From NCBI GenBank assembly GCA_963699545.1, contig CAVOUE010000009.1:128001-192000 (forward strand): a stretch of 64,000 nt of DNA, read 5' to 3'. The position numbers and the translations under genes are program-made. The notes under the pieces are model-generated. The model was not told the origin of the DNA, made no database searches, and was given only the letters and a program-made list of their open reading frames with translations. This stretch comes from Nitrospirota bacterium (GTDB taxonomy: Bacteria; Nitrospirota; Thermodesulfovibrionia; Thermodesulfovibrionales; UBA9159). Below are positions 40,161-49,906 of the stretch, in pieces (the first letter of the stretch is position 1; the number at the start of each line of letters is the position of its first letter).

Positions 40161-40975
40161 GTGTCTACTGAACCGGGGGAACTCCACCCTTCCTATTCCG
40201 AGATGCAAAAATCAAATAGTAAATATGTACATTGTTAGAATTTTTGAGATTTTTGACCGCATAATATTTGAACCCCAGCTTCTTTAACCCTATCAAATAA
40301 ATATCCAAATATTTCTTCCTTGCTTGAGAGGGAGTAATTGTTCCTTTCTTCCTTTCCTGATATATTGGCTCCCAAGATTCCGTTCCGAAAATCTTATTTA
40401 ATTTTTCCCTCTTTTCATCATCAATATCTTTTCCATCTTCAAGCGGCATATATCTATTAATTGCCATTCCAAAAGGAAAATTGATAAGTAACTCGGCTTT
40501 ATTTTTCTCAGATATTTTTTTGATTGTACCCCAGTAAAGATCACCTGCCTGAGGGTCCAATAAAGCTAAGAAAGGATTATTATCTGCTATTTTTTGAAGA
40601 ACCCTAGCAATTTCGATATTGCAATCACTATGAAATATTTCAACATTGAGATTAGGGAATAAAGACCTGAGATTTTCGAGTTCTTTTATTTTATTCTCAT
40701 CCAGTTCTATAAAAAAATACTTACTGAAAGGCGGATTAACCGTCAAAGCTAAAGTCGCAGAACCTCTAATCGTCTTTAAAGTTTGTTTGCTCTTACAGAA
40801 GCCCGTGCTTGCAAAGCCATCTATAAAATAAAATTCTTTATATCCTGCACGAGTTAAAATGTTTGAGTATGCTCCAAGATAACTATGAATACACTTTAAC
40901 TTAATCTCCGACCATTCACCGATTTCTTTGCCAAATTCTTTCTTCATCGTGATAAATCCTTTTCTAAACTTTCCA

Positions 40976-42881
40976 CTACTTCCAGTTTTTCAGAAAAGCA
41001 AGCCGATCCTCTATACGTAGTTTCATCTGGTCAAGCAAATTTTTGTACGTCAGAATTTTCACATCTTTATCGGATGATTGTAACCACCGCCACTGTTCAT
41101 GTGAAATTTGCGGTGTTTTGCCCACCACCAGATTCATAGATGGCTCATAATATTCTATCCCTTGCTTAGCAAATTTTTTCTTCACTGAGTCTTGAGAAAG
41201 AAGCCTTGCATAGTTTTTTATCTGCTGGATTGCATAAATTACTTCAGACTTGATAACTGGGATGTCTCGATAAGTACGAGTGAGTGGAATGACTCTCTTA
41301 ATCTCGAACAAGTCCCAGTCATTCATTACGCTGTTCCTCAAAAAAACATCAAACCGTCTATTCTTCTGCGAGATGTCCAAACTAGGAAGTCTCAGCCATA
41401 TTTGAGTTTCAATCCTGTCATAATTGGTACCAAAGATATCTTGGAAGTGAGCAACGAGGAATTCTTCAAGCTCGTCTTCTAATGTCTCGCTTCGAATAAG
41501 AGCTTCAAATTCAGATAGAACAGTTTCCTTTTTTTGCAGTAAATCAGCAAACAAAGGCTCACAGGGCTGTTTGCTCTCCTTTAAAACTCCCCCAAGGATC
41601 GTTTCAGTCATAAATTTTGAAACGGATGCGGAACTTTGATCGAGTCGAATAGAAATCCCTTCATTGTAAGTATTCAAAAATCGCTGAAAGGCTTCTCTTG
41701 TCCCACCAGCATTTAAATCGAGGAATGAGTCATAACTCCCAACAAAAAAAGCAGATACGTACAACTGCAAATGATTGGCAAGGTCACTATATTGAGGGAT
41801 TATAGTACGTTGATAATAATCTTTATCAAGATTTCCTAAATTTGTGAGAACTGCTATGGAACGAAGTTTTGCAGCTTTAACCATAGCCTCGGATACGAGG
41901 CCAAAATATCCAATTCTACCTTTATAGTAATCTCTAATCTTTGTCAAACCTTGAGTAAGAAGTGGGTCTTTTGACACATTAATTTTCCTTAAATCGCTGA
42001 ATATTTCCAGCGGTAGGTAATGAAGGAGAAACAAAGATTCCAGCGAGTCACCATAGGAGTCAAGCAATGGTTTCTTAAAAACTGGTTCATCTATCTCTTG
42101 AATACGTTGAAATGGTTCATGTCGGTCATTAAACAGTTCAATGATGAACGATTCAAAAGCAGTCGTGTTAAGTCTTGGCAGAAGTGTTAAAAGAAGATTT
42201 TTGTCAACTTGAGGTTCATTTGTTCTCTCGACTGCTTGCATCGCATGAGAAACCTCTGGACCTGAAATTAATATAGGGGGATCAGAAAGTTGATCAAGTT
42301 GATGAAAATGGTTACTTGTGCTTAAGTCCGCTTCAAAATGAGGTAGTTCTTGGACTGGTGTTAAAACAAACTCAAAAACCCACTCTTCTTCATTCTCCTC
42401 GTCTTCTTCCTCTGATTCCTCAGAATTGATACCGCCCTGAATTGCAACCTTATACCAGCCAGGCTGTATAGTAAGCTTCTCACATTTGTTGTAGTTGTTG
42501 TCATACTCATAGCTATCAAATGGCTCCCAAAACATCAGGCTGTTCAAATTTGCCAATACCAGTTGGCCTGTTTTTGTGCCTAAAATCCACCCGCTGGAGA
42601 ACAGTGATAGGAGGACTTTGCAGATAAGCCTCGGCGTCTGAGTGCCGCACAATTAATGTATATTCGGATTGCAATGCATCGAAAACACATGCCATAATGC
42701 CTTGTTGACAAAGAGCTTCCCACTCACCCATTGAGTCAAATCGTGCTAGCAAGTCGGCTCCTTGCGATTCGCCATGACAGAAATCATCCAGTCTCTTCGG
42801 ATCGCAAAGGACAATACCCAGATCGAACACCGGTTCGAACTTCTTAAATATTAGCCTGAATACATCTTTTGAGCCTTTCAT
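40976..42881 (-). CDS. sduA: Shedu (SduA/DUF4263) anti-phage nuclease with a long N-terminal extension; frameshift near 42600
   Basis: C-terminal EDELEEFL...RFDVFL...LFEIKR...AIQQIKNY...LVVGK...ILTYKNLL; ORFs 42516-42881 and 40976-42652 overlap in different frames. Confidence 0.75.
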
Positions 42882-42989
42882 CTACTTTCCCCAAAATTAC
42901 TTATTACAGTTCCCTCCAAATGATACAGAATCCATATCAAAATTCATAGGAGATAAACGTTTACTTGAACAACTTGTTCCCCGCCCCCG

Positions 42990-43457
42990 TCACTCCTCTC
43001 CCCTATCCAAAACCTTCAGCACCTCCGGGAGAATAACATCAAGAAACTCCGATGGGCTTAGGATTCTGAAAGAGTGTTTCCCTTTCAGTCTGATAAAGTC
43101 TTTTTTGTCCCCTGTTACAAGGAAGTCGACACCGCCGCTGATGGCTGATGCGAGAACAGGGATGTCCTTGTCGGAGGTGAGTCCAAACATTTTTCTGATC
43201 ATCTCTGATGATGGGAGTGGTATGACTTCAAGGTTCAACAGGGGAAGATATTCCCTGTATACCGGAAGAACATCGGGCATTTTCCTCGTCAGGTTCCGCT
43301 CGATTTCAATGATATTGTATGCTCCTGTTGCACAGGTAAGCATCGGGAGTCCAAGGCAAACAAGGTCAAGGATAATCCGGGGCGCACCTTTATCAGAGAA
43401 AAGACCTGATATGATGACGTTCGAATCAAGGAAGACCTTAACGCCTTTTTTTGCCAT
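42990..43457 (-). CDS. PIN-domain toxin (VapC-like)
   Basis: VFLDSNVIISG, DKDIPVLASA, LVTGDKKDF. Confidence 0.88.
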   Translation of the reverse strand: MAKKGVKVFLDSNVIISGLFSDKGAPRIILDLVCLGLPMLTCATGAYNIIEIERNLTRKMPDVLPVYREYLPLLNLEVIPLPSSEMIRKMFGLTSDKDIPVLASAISGGVDFLVTGDKKDFIRLKGKHSFRILSPSEFLDVILPEVLKVLDRGEE

Positions 43458-43725
43458 ACGTTTCCCTGTAAAGCAACTCTCTTTCCTCTTCAAGCCCCTT
43501 GAGCAGCTCTTTTTCTGAAAGCCCCGACGCCTTCATGATCCTTCTGATCTGCCTCCGCGCCTCATCGAGTTCGAGTCTTTTCGGCGTGATGATGACAGAG
43601 TCACCCAGGGGAATGATCGAAACCATTTGTCCTTCTTCAAGATGGCTTGATTCCCTTATCTTTTTCGGGATCGTCAACTGACCACGGGACTTTATCTCTG
43701 CTATGACTGTTTTCACGGCATCCAT
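43438..43725 (-). CDS. AbrB/MazE-family antitoxin
   Basis: IKSRGQLTIPKKIRE...LEEGQ; overlaps the PIN gene start. Confidence 0.88.
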   Translation of the reverse strand: MDAVKTVIAEIKSRGQLTIPKKIRESSHLEEGQMVSIIPLGDSVIITPKRLELDEARRQIRRIMKASGLSEKELLKGLEEERELLYRETYGKKRR

Positions 43726-43788
43726 TCCAGACCTCCTTCTTCTGTTTTCTGAAATTAGAATATCAGAATTCAGAAAAATCCGCAATAC

Positions 43789-43816
43789 GTAGGGGCAATT
43801 CATGAATTGCCCCTAC
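43789..43816. repeat. Perfect 28-bp GTAG-type REP-like palindrome (lexA side of island)
   Basis: GTAGGGGCAATTCATGAATTGCCCCTAC; contains the lexA TAG stop. Confidence 0.8.
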
Positions 43817-44406
43817 CGGTATTTCCTCACCACTGCTGTCACCACCCCCGCAATCTTCAATTCCTTCTTTGGCCTGATGGGCTGATAGCGGGGGTTTGCG
43901 GGTATAAGGGTGACGCTCTCTCCCCTCTTTCTCAGATATTTCATGGTCCACTCACCATCAACTTCCGCAATGACAATATCCCCGCTCTTCGGGACCCGCC
44001 CTTTGTCAACCAGGACCATGTCTCCGGGGAGTATGCCGGCCCCCGACATGGAATCCCCGGACACCTTGAGGAGAAAGGTGCCCTCGGGGTTTTGTATGAG
44101 GAGATCATCAAGGGACAGGGTGTCTGCCAGCGCCTCCTCGGCAGCGCTGGGGAAACCCGCCTCCACGGTGCCGAGGACCCTTATCGGAGAGGCTATTGAC
44201 CCCGGGATAAGCCTGCCCTTCTCATCTCTTCCCAGCACCCTGAACTGTTCAAGTTTATTCACCAGTTTGAAGACCGCGTTCTTCGACCGCAGGCCCGCCA
44301 TCTCCCCGATCTCCGAAAAGCTCGGCATCCTGCCCTTTTCAGAATAAAACCGGGATATACCCTTTATCCTTGACCGCAGCCTCTCTTCCTTCTGGTCTCT
44401 CTCCAT
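43813..44406 (-). CDS. lexA: LexA-family repressor (wHTH plus S24 peptidase)
   Basis: MPSFSEIG...GLRSKNAV; cleavage site VEAGFPS; catalytic GDSM and TMK. Confidence 0.88.
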   Translation of the reverse strand: MERDQKEERLRSRIKGISRFYSEKGRMPSFSEIGEMAGLRSKNAVFKLVNKLEQFRVLGRDEKGRLIPGSIASPIRVLGTVEAGFPSAAEEALADTLSLDDLLIQNPEGTFLLKVSGDSMSGAGILPGDMVLVDKGRVPKSGDIVIAEVDGEWTMKYLRKRGESVTLIPANPRYQPIRPKKELKIAGVVTAVVRKYR

Positions 44407-44412
44407 GGTTCC

Positions 44413-44442
44413 ATTATATGGTGAACGAACGTTTACTGTCAA
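44413..44442 (-). promoter_or_regulatory. lexA sigma70 promoter with a palindromic operator in the spacer
   Basis: Minus strand TTGACA-18nt-TATAAT; spacer holds GTGAACG-AA-CGTTTAC (44421-44436). Confidence 0.8.
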
Positions 44443-44607
44443 GACCATGCAGACGGTGAAGTATACAGAGGAGCATACCGGTCTTAGGTGGGGGACAACT
44501 CTTCTTGTACAAACGGCTAATGGCTTGCTGAGAGGCGGATGCGTTCCTTATGTCTCAAAACTTATAGTAAGGCGGCGTGGAAGGGGCCATTCTGGTTACC
44601 CGGTCCA

Positions 44608-46140
44608 CTACTGCTGCTGGAGGTCATACTTCTTTATCTTGTACCCGATCTGCCTCGAGGTGATCCCCAAAAGGCGTGCCGCCTTTGCCTGCACCCATCC
44701 GGTCCTCTTCAGGGCCTCAAGGATATTGGTCCTTTCGATGTCTTCAATGGCGGAGGGCAGTGCATCCTTTCCGTGGACCGCATACCTGGTCTTCATGGAC
44801 CTGTCCCTTATGCCCAGCGGCAGGTCCTCGGCAGTGACGACCTTCCCCCGTGACATGACCACAAGCCTCTCTATGGTATTCTCAAGTTCGCGCACGTTCC
44901 CGGGCCAGTCATAGTCCAGGAAGAGGCTCAGGACATCGGCAGAGAGCCTTACCGACTTCTGGTTCTCTTTATTGTATTTTCCAAGAAAATGGTCCGCAAG
45001 CACCGCGATATCCTCTCTCCTTTCACGCAGGGGGGGAAGGAATATCGGGACCACATTCAGGCGGTAATAGAGGTCTTCCCTGAAGTTTCCCTCTGAAACG
45101 AGACCTTCCAGGTCTCTGCTCGTTGCCGCAACAAGTCTGACATCAACCTTTATCGTGCGTTCTCCCCCTACCCGCTCAAACTCCTTTTCCTGCAGGACCC
45201 GAAGGATCTTGGGCTGGAGGGTTATGGGCAGATCTCCGATCTCGTCAAGGAATATGGTCCCGCCGCTGGCCAGTTCGAATCGTCCTTTCCTCGTTGCCAT
45301 GGCGCCGGTAAAGGCGCCCTTTTCATGGCCGAAGAGTTCGGATTCCAGGAGTCCCTCGGGGATAGATGCACAGTTGAATTTTATAAAGGGATCCTTTTGC
45401 CCTCTGGCTCATGTAATGGATCGCCTTTGCCACGAGTTCCTTGCCGGTTCCGCTCTCCCCTCTCAGGAGGACATTCGCCCGGGAAGGGGCCACCCTGTGG
45501 ATCGCTTCAAAGACCTCCTGCATTTTGTCTGACTGGCCTATGATGTTTTCGACGCTGTACTTGTTCTTCAGCTGACGGGTGAGGATCCTCCTTTTCCTCG
45601 AGAAATGCCTCCCGTCTCCTTCTCCACCTCCCGGTGGAGCTTTACCGACTGCGCGATCAGTGAAGCAATGATCTTCAGCAGTCTCAGGTCTTCCTCAAAG
45701 GATACCCCCTTGGCGCCGAAAAGCCTGTCCACGCTCAGCACGCCCAACACCTCGTCCTTGAACTTCACCGGCACACAGAGAAAGGCGATGTTCTCCTTCT
45801 TGATGGTTTTTCTTGCGCCGGTCTTATTGAGAAAAAGGGGCTCGTCCCCGATATTCGGTATGACGATGGGTGAGCCGTGCTTTGCAACCCTCCCGATGAT
45901 GCCCTCCCCCAGCCTGTACCTGCCCCGTTTGATCTCTTCTTCTGACATGCCGTGGGCAGCGATGATCGAGACCTCATTGTTGCTCCGCAGCGCCACCGTC
46001 CCCCTTTTCATGTCGAGATATTCCGCAAGCACTTTCATCACCCCCCTCAGGTTCGCCTTGACGTTCAGGGATGAACCGAGGAGCTTGCTTATCTCATAGA
46101 GAGCGGTGATTCCGAGCTTTTCGGTATAGTTCCTGGTCAT
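44608..46140 (-). CDS. NifA-type sigma54 activator (GAF-AAA+-HTH); frameshifts near 45595 and 45390
   Basis: GAF ([15 protein letters not shown]), [47 protein letters not shown]-terminal HTH. Confidence 0.88.
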
Positions 46141-46146
46141 GGTAAG

Positions 46147-46175
46147 AGTTTACTGGAGCCAGACAAAAATGTAAA
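46147..46175 (-). promoter_or_regulatory. sigma70 promoter of the NifA-type gene, overlapped by an ACA-N4-TGT operator
   Basis: Minus strand TTTACA-17nt-TAAACT-6nt-ATG; AGACAAAAATGTAA at 46161-46174 covers the -35. Confidence 0.65.
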
Positions 46176-46276
46176 GCTGTCGCCTTTTTTGTTTGTCGCT
46201 GGAATGGCAGGGATAAGAACACGCGGGGAGAAAAAGGCAGGTCTGCTCAGATTTTGGTCATTTCGGAATAGTGGAA

Positions 46277-46693
46277 CTAATCATAGGCGGCAACAGGTGA
46301 CCGAAGTTTTTTCTTTTCAGAAGTGATCTTCTTTTCCGCCAGCATTTTTTCCTTTGCCCTCTTCGAGCGTTTCCTCTTCTGCCGCCTTATCTTCTCTCTC
46401 CTCAGTCTCTCTTCGCTCTCCCTGCCCTCTCTCATCTCCCCGATCTTTTTCACCAGGATAACCCTTGCACGGTAGCGGTTCAATGCCTGTGAGCGCTCCT
46501 CCTGGCACTTCACCTCGGTGCCCGTGGGGATATGCTTCAGATAGACACATGTCGAAGTCTTGTTCACCTTCTGCCCGCCTTTTCCCCCGGAGCGGACAAA
46601 GGATTCCTGGATATCCTCTTCGCGGATGTTCAAGGCCTCCATCTTCGTCTTCAATCCTTTTTCCTTTGGCGGACTGACAGAAAATATCCCCAT
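46277..46693 (-). CDS. Peptide chain release factor-like protein (GGQ, ribosome-rescue type)
   Basis: RSGGKGGQKVNKTS, CQEERSQALNR, basic C-terminal tail. Confidence 0.88.
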   Translation of the reverse strand: MGIFSVSPPKEKGLKTKMEALNIREEDIQESFVRSGGKGGQKVNKTSTCVYLKHIPTGTEVKCQEERSQALNRYRARVILVKKIGEMREGRESEERLRREKIRRQKRKRSKRAKEKMLAEKKITSEKKKLRSPVAAYD

Positions 46694-46885
46694 GGGGTAC
46701 ATTGTACCACGCCCCGTCCTGACCGAAAAGGTGAATCTGAGATCAGGCGATTGTTCCTTACAAGCATCATGTTTTATTGCCATACATGCCAGGGTATGGT
46801 ATGTTTAAAATATATCCTGTAAACCTGTTTTTTTTTGGTGCTTACACTATCTTCCCCTGATGATGCGGGGCAAAAGGAGGGTTGT

Positions 46886-47215
46886 ATGTTAGAAGAGATT
46901 GTCACCATTACCGGAGATACGTGGAGAAGGGAGGTTTCAGATTCACCGGGAATAATCGTGGTATATTTCTGGGCATCATGGTGCGGGCACTGCAAGATGT
47001 ATGCTCCCGTCTTTGAAGAGCTCGCTCAGCAGTATGCAGGAAAGATACGTTTTGCAAAATTGAACTGCGATGAAAATGCCGATGTAGCGAATAAATGCCA
47101 GGTACGGGGCACTCCTACCATGCTTATCTACAAGAATGGCGAGCAAGTCGACAGCATCGTGGGCGGAATCCCGAAAGAACAGGTTCAGGAAAAACTGGAC
47201 AAGCTCCTCAAATAA
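46886..47215 (+). CDS. Thioredoxin
   Basis: FWASWCGHC, FAKLN, GTPT. Confidence 0.88.
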   Translation: MLEEIVTITGDTWRREVSDSPGIIVVYFWASWCGHCKMYAPVFEELAQQYAGKIRFAKLNCDENADVANKCQVRGTPTMLIYKNGEQVDSIVGGIPKEQVQEKLDKLLK

Positions 47216-47224
47216 TATACGCCC

Positions 47225-47605
47225 ATGGCCTTCAGGGTGAGCAGGGAGGAATTTGAAACCCTTGCGGACAAGGCGCTGGAAGGCCTGCCTGAACGATACA
47301 GGAAGTATTTTGCGAATATTGCGATCGCGATAGAAGATTATCCCGGTGAAGAAGACGGAGGAAGGTTGGCCCCGAAGAAAGAACTCCTCCTCGGCCTTTT
47401 CTCCGGCGTGCCCTACCACCGGAAAGGAGGGTTCTTTGAGGTCCCCTATCCTTTGCCCGACAGGATCATCCTCTTCCAGAAGAATATCGAGACCATCTGT
47501 TCCACGGAAGAGGAGCTCATCGGACAGATCCAGGCCACCCTCGTCCATGAAGTCGGCCACTACTTCGGCCTTTCAGAGGAGGATTTGCGGAAATATGAAA
47601 GATAA
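47225..47605 (+). CDS. Zincin-like metallopeptidase (DUF1025-like)
   Basis: LLGLFSG, PDRIILFQKNI, LVHEVGHYFG. Confidence 0.85.
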   Translation: MAFRVSREEFETLADKALEGLPERYRKYFANIAIAIEDYPGEEDGGRLAPKKELLLGLFSGVPYHRKGGFFEVPYPLPDRIILFQKNIETICSTEEELIGQIQATLVHEVGHYFGLSEEDLRKYER

Positions 47606-47743
47606 TTGACAGGCATATGAACTGCCCATGCCGGATTGCAGGTTGACATGGCAGGCGAACTTTACCGCGAACGTGCTTCTCTCGTATTGCATTCCTTTTT
47701 TCTTCTTTGAGGATTTCTTCCAGATAAGGTACAATCTCATGGT

Positions 47744-48529
47744 ATGAAACGGTTCTCAACGGTCCATCCCCTTTACCTGTCGTTCTACTCAAAGGCCCTC
47801 TACCAGGATGTGGGGAGGAACTGGGGGAAAACCGCTTTCCTGTACCTCTTCCTTCTGCTTGCGGTCTGTTCGATCCCCATAATGTTCAGGGTCCATTCCG
47901 CTGTTCTCCGATTATCTCCACGGCGAAGCCCCGAAGATCGTGAAACAGATCCGCTCATCACTATTTCCAAGGGCGTGGCGTCGGTGAATGAAGCAATGCC
48001 TTACATCATAAAAGATCCTGAAGGCGGCGCGCCCCTCATCATCATCGACACTACGGGCAAGACCGACTCCCTGAAGGGAAGTGAAGCCGTAATCCTGCTC
48101 ACGAAGACAAAACTCTTCTTCAGAAGAAGCGCCGGGGACACAAGAACCCTTGATCTTTCCAAGATCGACGCCCTCATTATTGATCAGGCAGCGCTGTATG
48201 ACTGGATCGAGACGTTCCTGGAGTATTTTATCTTTGTGTTCTATCCCTTTGCCCTCCTTTTCTCTTTCCTGTTCCGGATGGTGGAGGCGTTCATATTCGG
48301 CGTCATAGGAATGCTCTTTTCGAAAAACATGCGGGTTCCGCTCCGGTATCAAGCCGCCCTCAGCCTTGCGGCCGTTTCGATGACGCCTGCCATAATCCTT
48401 GACACTCTTTACAATTACGCGGAAATCAACATCCCCTCCTGGTGGCTCATCAATTCTGTGGTTGCCCTGGGGTATCTCTTCTTCGCAGTAAGGGCAACTG
48501 CTGACGGGGATCAGGAGTCAGGCGTATGA
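47744..48529 (+). CDS. DUF1189-like membrane protein (short out-of-frame patch at ~47905-47955)
   Basis: SFYSKALY, N-terminal TM, IIIDTTG, several C-terminal TMs. Confidence 0.7.
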   Translation: MKRFSTVHPLYLSFYSKALYQDVGRNWGKTAFLYLFLLLAVCSIPIMFRVHSAVLRLSPRRSPEDRETDPLITISKGVASVNEAMPYIIKDPEGGAPLIIIDTTGKTDSLKGSEAVILLTKTKLFFRRSAGDTRTLDLSKIDALIIDQAALYDWIETFLEYFIFVFYPFALLFSFLFRMVEAFIFGVIGMLFSKNMRVPLRYQAALSLAAVSMTPAIILDTLYNYAEINIPSWWLINSVVALGYLFFAVRATADGDQESGV

Positions 48530-48601
48530 ATCGGACATGGCGATGCTCTGGCTGGACTTCTGACCGAAATACAGAGATAATGAAATTCAGGAATAAAGGA
48601 G

Positions 48602-49897
48602 GTGGACCTTTTGCCGAACAGACATCATGAGAGGATACACATTGATGAGAAGAATCTCTGTAAGCTCTGCATGAGCGAACTGGGGGAGATCTACACTGAC
48701 CTCGGCCTCTCTGCTGACGAACTGGAGCTCCTGGCGATGCCAAGACGCTCCTTTACCGTCCACTTCCCCGTGAGGATGGATTCAGGGAAGACAAAGATGT
48801 TCCTTGGCCACAGGATACAGTACAATCATGCCAGGGGACCCGCAAAGGGCGGCATCAGGTTCCACCCGGAGCTCACCATTGATCATGTGAGGGACCTCGC
48901 CTTCCTGATGGTGCTGAAGTGCTCTGTGGTGAACATCCCCTTTGGCGGTTCCAAGGGAGGCGTCAAGGTCAACCCCAAGGAGCTCAGCCGGAATGAGCTG
49001 GAACAGGTAACACGGGGATATGTAAGGGCCATTGCAGACTACATCGGTCCCTTTAAGGACATCCCCGCTCCCGATGTATATACGGACGAGAAGATCATGG
49101 TCTGGATACTGGATGAATATGAACGGATCAGGGGGGAACATGTCCCCGCCGTGGTGACCGGCAAGCCGGTGGAGCTCCAGGGAATAATGGCACGCAGGTA
49201 TTCCACCTCTCTGGGGGGCATCTTCGTCCTCGAAGAGGCCATGAGAAAAATAGGGATGGATCCGCTGGAAACAAGTGTGGCTGTGCAGGGGTTCGGGCAT
49301 GTGGGTGAGAACGCCGCCCGCATCCTCCATGAGAAGGGGTTCAAGGTGATAGCGGTCAGCGACTCAGGAGGAGGCATCATCAACGAGAAAGGGCTTGATA
49401 TCCCCCGGGTGAGCGCACAGAAGGAAAGCACCGGGAGTGTGCTCGGTTTCGAAGGGGCACGGAAGATCACGAACGAAGAACTTCTCACCAGCCGATGTGA
49501 CATCCTGATCCCCGCCGCGCTCTCTGACCAGCTGAACGGGGACAATGCGAGTGAGGTAAAGGCAACAATCGTCCTCGAACTTGCCAATGCACCCACAACC
49601 ACGGAGGCCGACGAGATATTCTTTGGAAGAAAGATCATGCTGATCCCTGACGTCCTTGCCAACGCGGGAGGTGTTGTGGTGAGCTATTTCGAATGGAGCC
49701 AGAACCTCAATAACGAATACTGGCCGGAAGAAAAGGTTTTGAGAAAGCTGAAGGACATCATGATAACCGCCTTCAATGACGTCCACGCGCTGTGCCGCCA
49801 GGAAGGCTGCAGGATGAGAAGGGCTGCCTATCAGCTTGGGGTGAAGAGGATACTGCACGCAGAGAGGCTGCGGGGGAACCTCTCGCCATCAGCATGA
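48602..49897 (+). CDS. gdhA: Glu/Leu/Phe/Val dehydrogenase (glutamate dehydrogenase)
   Basis: GPAKGGIRFHP, GGSKGG, DIPAPDV, VTGKP, QGFGHVG, PDVLANAGGVVVSYFEW. Confidence 0.9.
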   Translation: MDLLPNRHHERIHIDEKNLCKLCMSELGEIYTDLGLSADELELLAMPRRSFTVHFPVRMDSGKTKMFLGHRIQYNHARGPAKGGIRFHPELTIDHVRDLAFLMVLKCSVVNIPFGGSKGGVKVNPKELSRNELEQVTRGYVRAIADYIGPFKDIPAPDVYTDEKIMVWILDEYERIRGEHVPAVVTGKPVELQGIMARRYSTSLGGIFVLEEAMRKIGMDPLETSVAVQGFGHVGENAARILHEKGFKVIAVSDSGGGIINEKGLDIPRVSAQKESTGSVLGFEGARKITNEELLTSRCDILIPAALSDQLNGDNASEVKATIVLELANAPTTTEADEIFFGRKIMLIPDVLANAGGVVVSYFEWSQNLNNEYWPEEKVLRKLKDIMITAFNDVHALCRQEGCRMRRAAYQLGVKRILHAERLRGNLSPSA

Positions 49898-49906
49898 GAT
49901 ACTCCA

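Larger units (their letters stand above)
38948..40186 (+). mobile_element. IS3-family insertion sequence, 1239 bp
   Basis: TG...CA ends; 26-bp IRs TGGAGTTCCCCCGGTT(TGA/CAG)TAGACAC; 3-bp direct repeat CCC at 38945-47 and 40187-89; orfA/orfB with AAAAAAG slippage site at 39257-63. Confidence 0.95.
38662..40947 (-). pseudogene. tcmP: Three-Cys-motif partner protein TcmP (GMT-like), interrupted by IS3
   Basis: WSEIKL, YFIDGFASTG, FFIELD, LLDP, ELLINF, YYLIFAS; removing the IS restores ...SRNRKGLEKMKD..., 347 aa. Confidence 0.8.

Noticed and set aside
37790-43790. Integron cassette array or prophage
   Set aside because: I found no attC-like sites between genes, no integrase and no phage structural genes.
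44608-46140. Calling this gene nifA and inferring nitrogen fixation
   Set aside because: The architecture is NifA-like, but no nif genes or TGT-N10-ACA sites are seen in the window.
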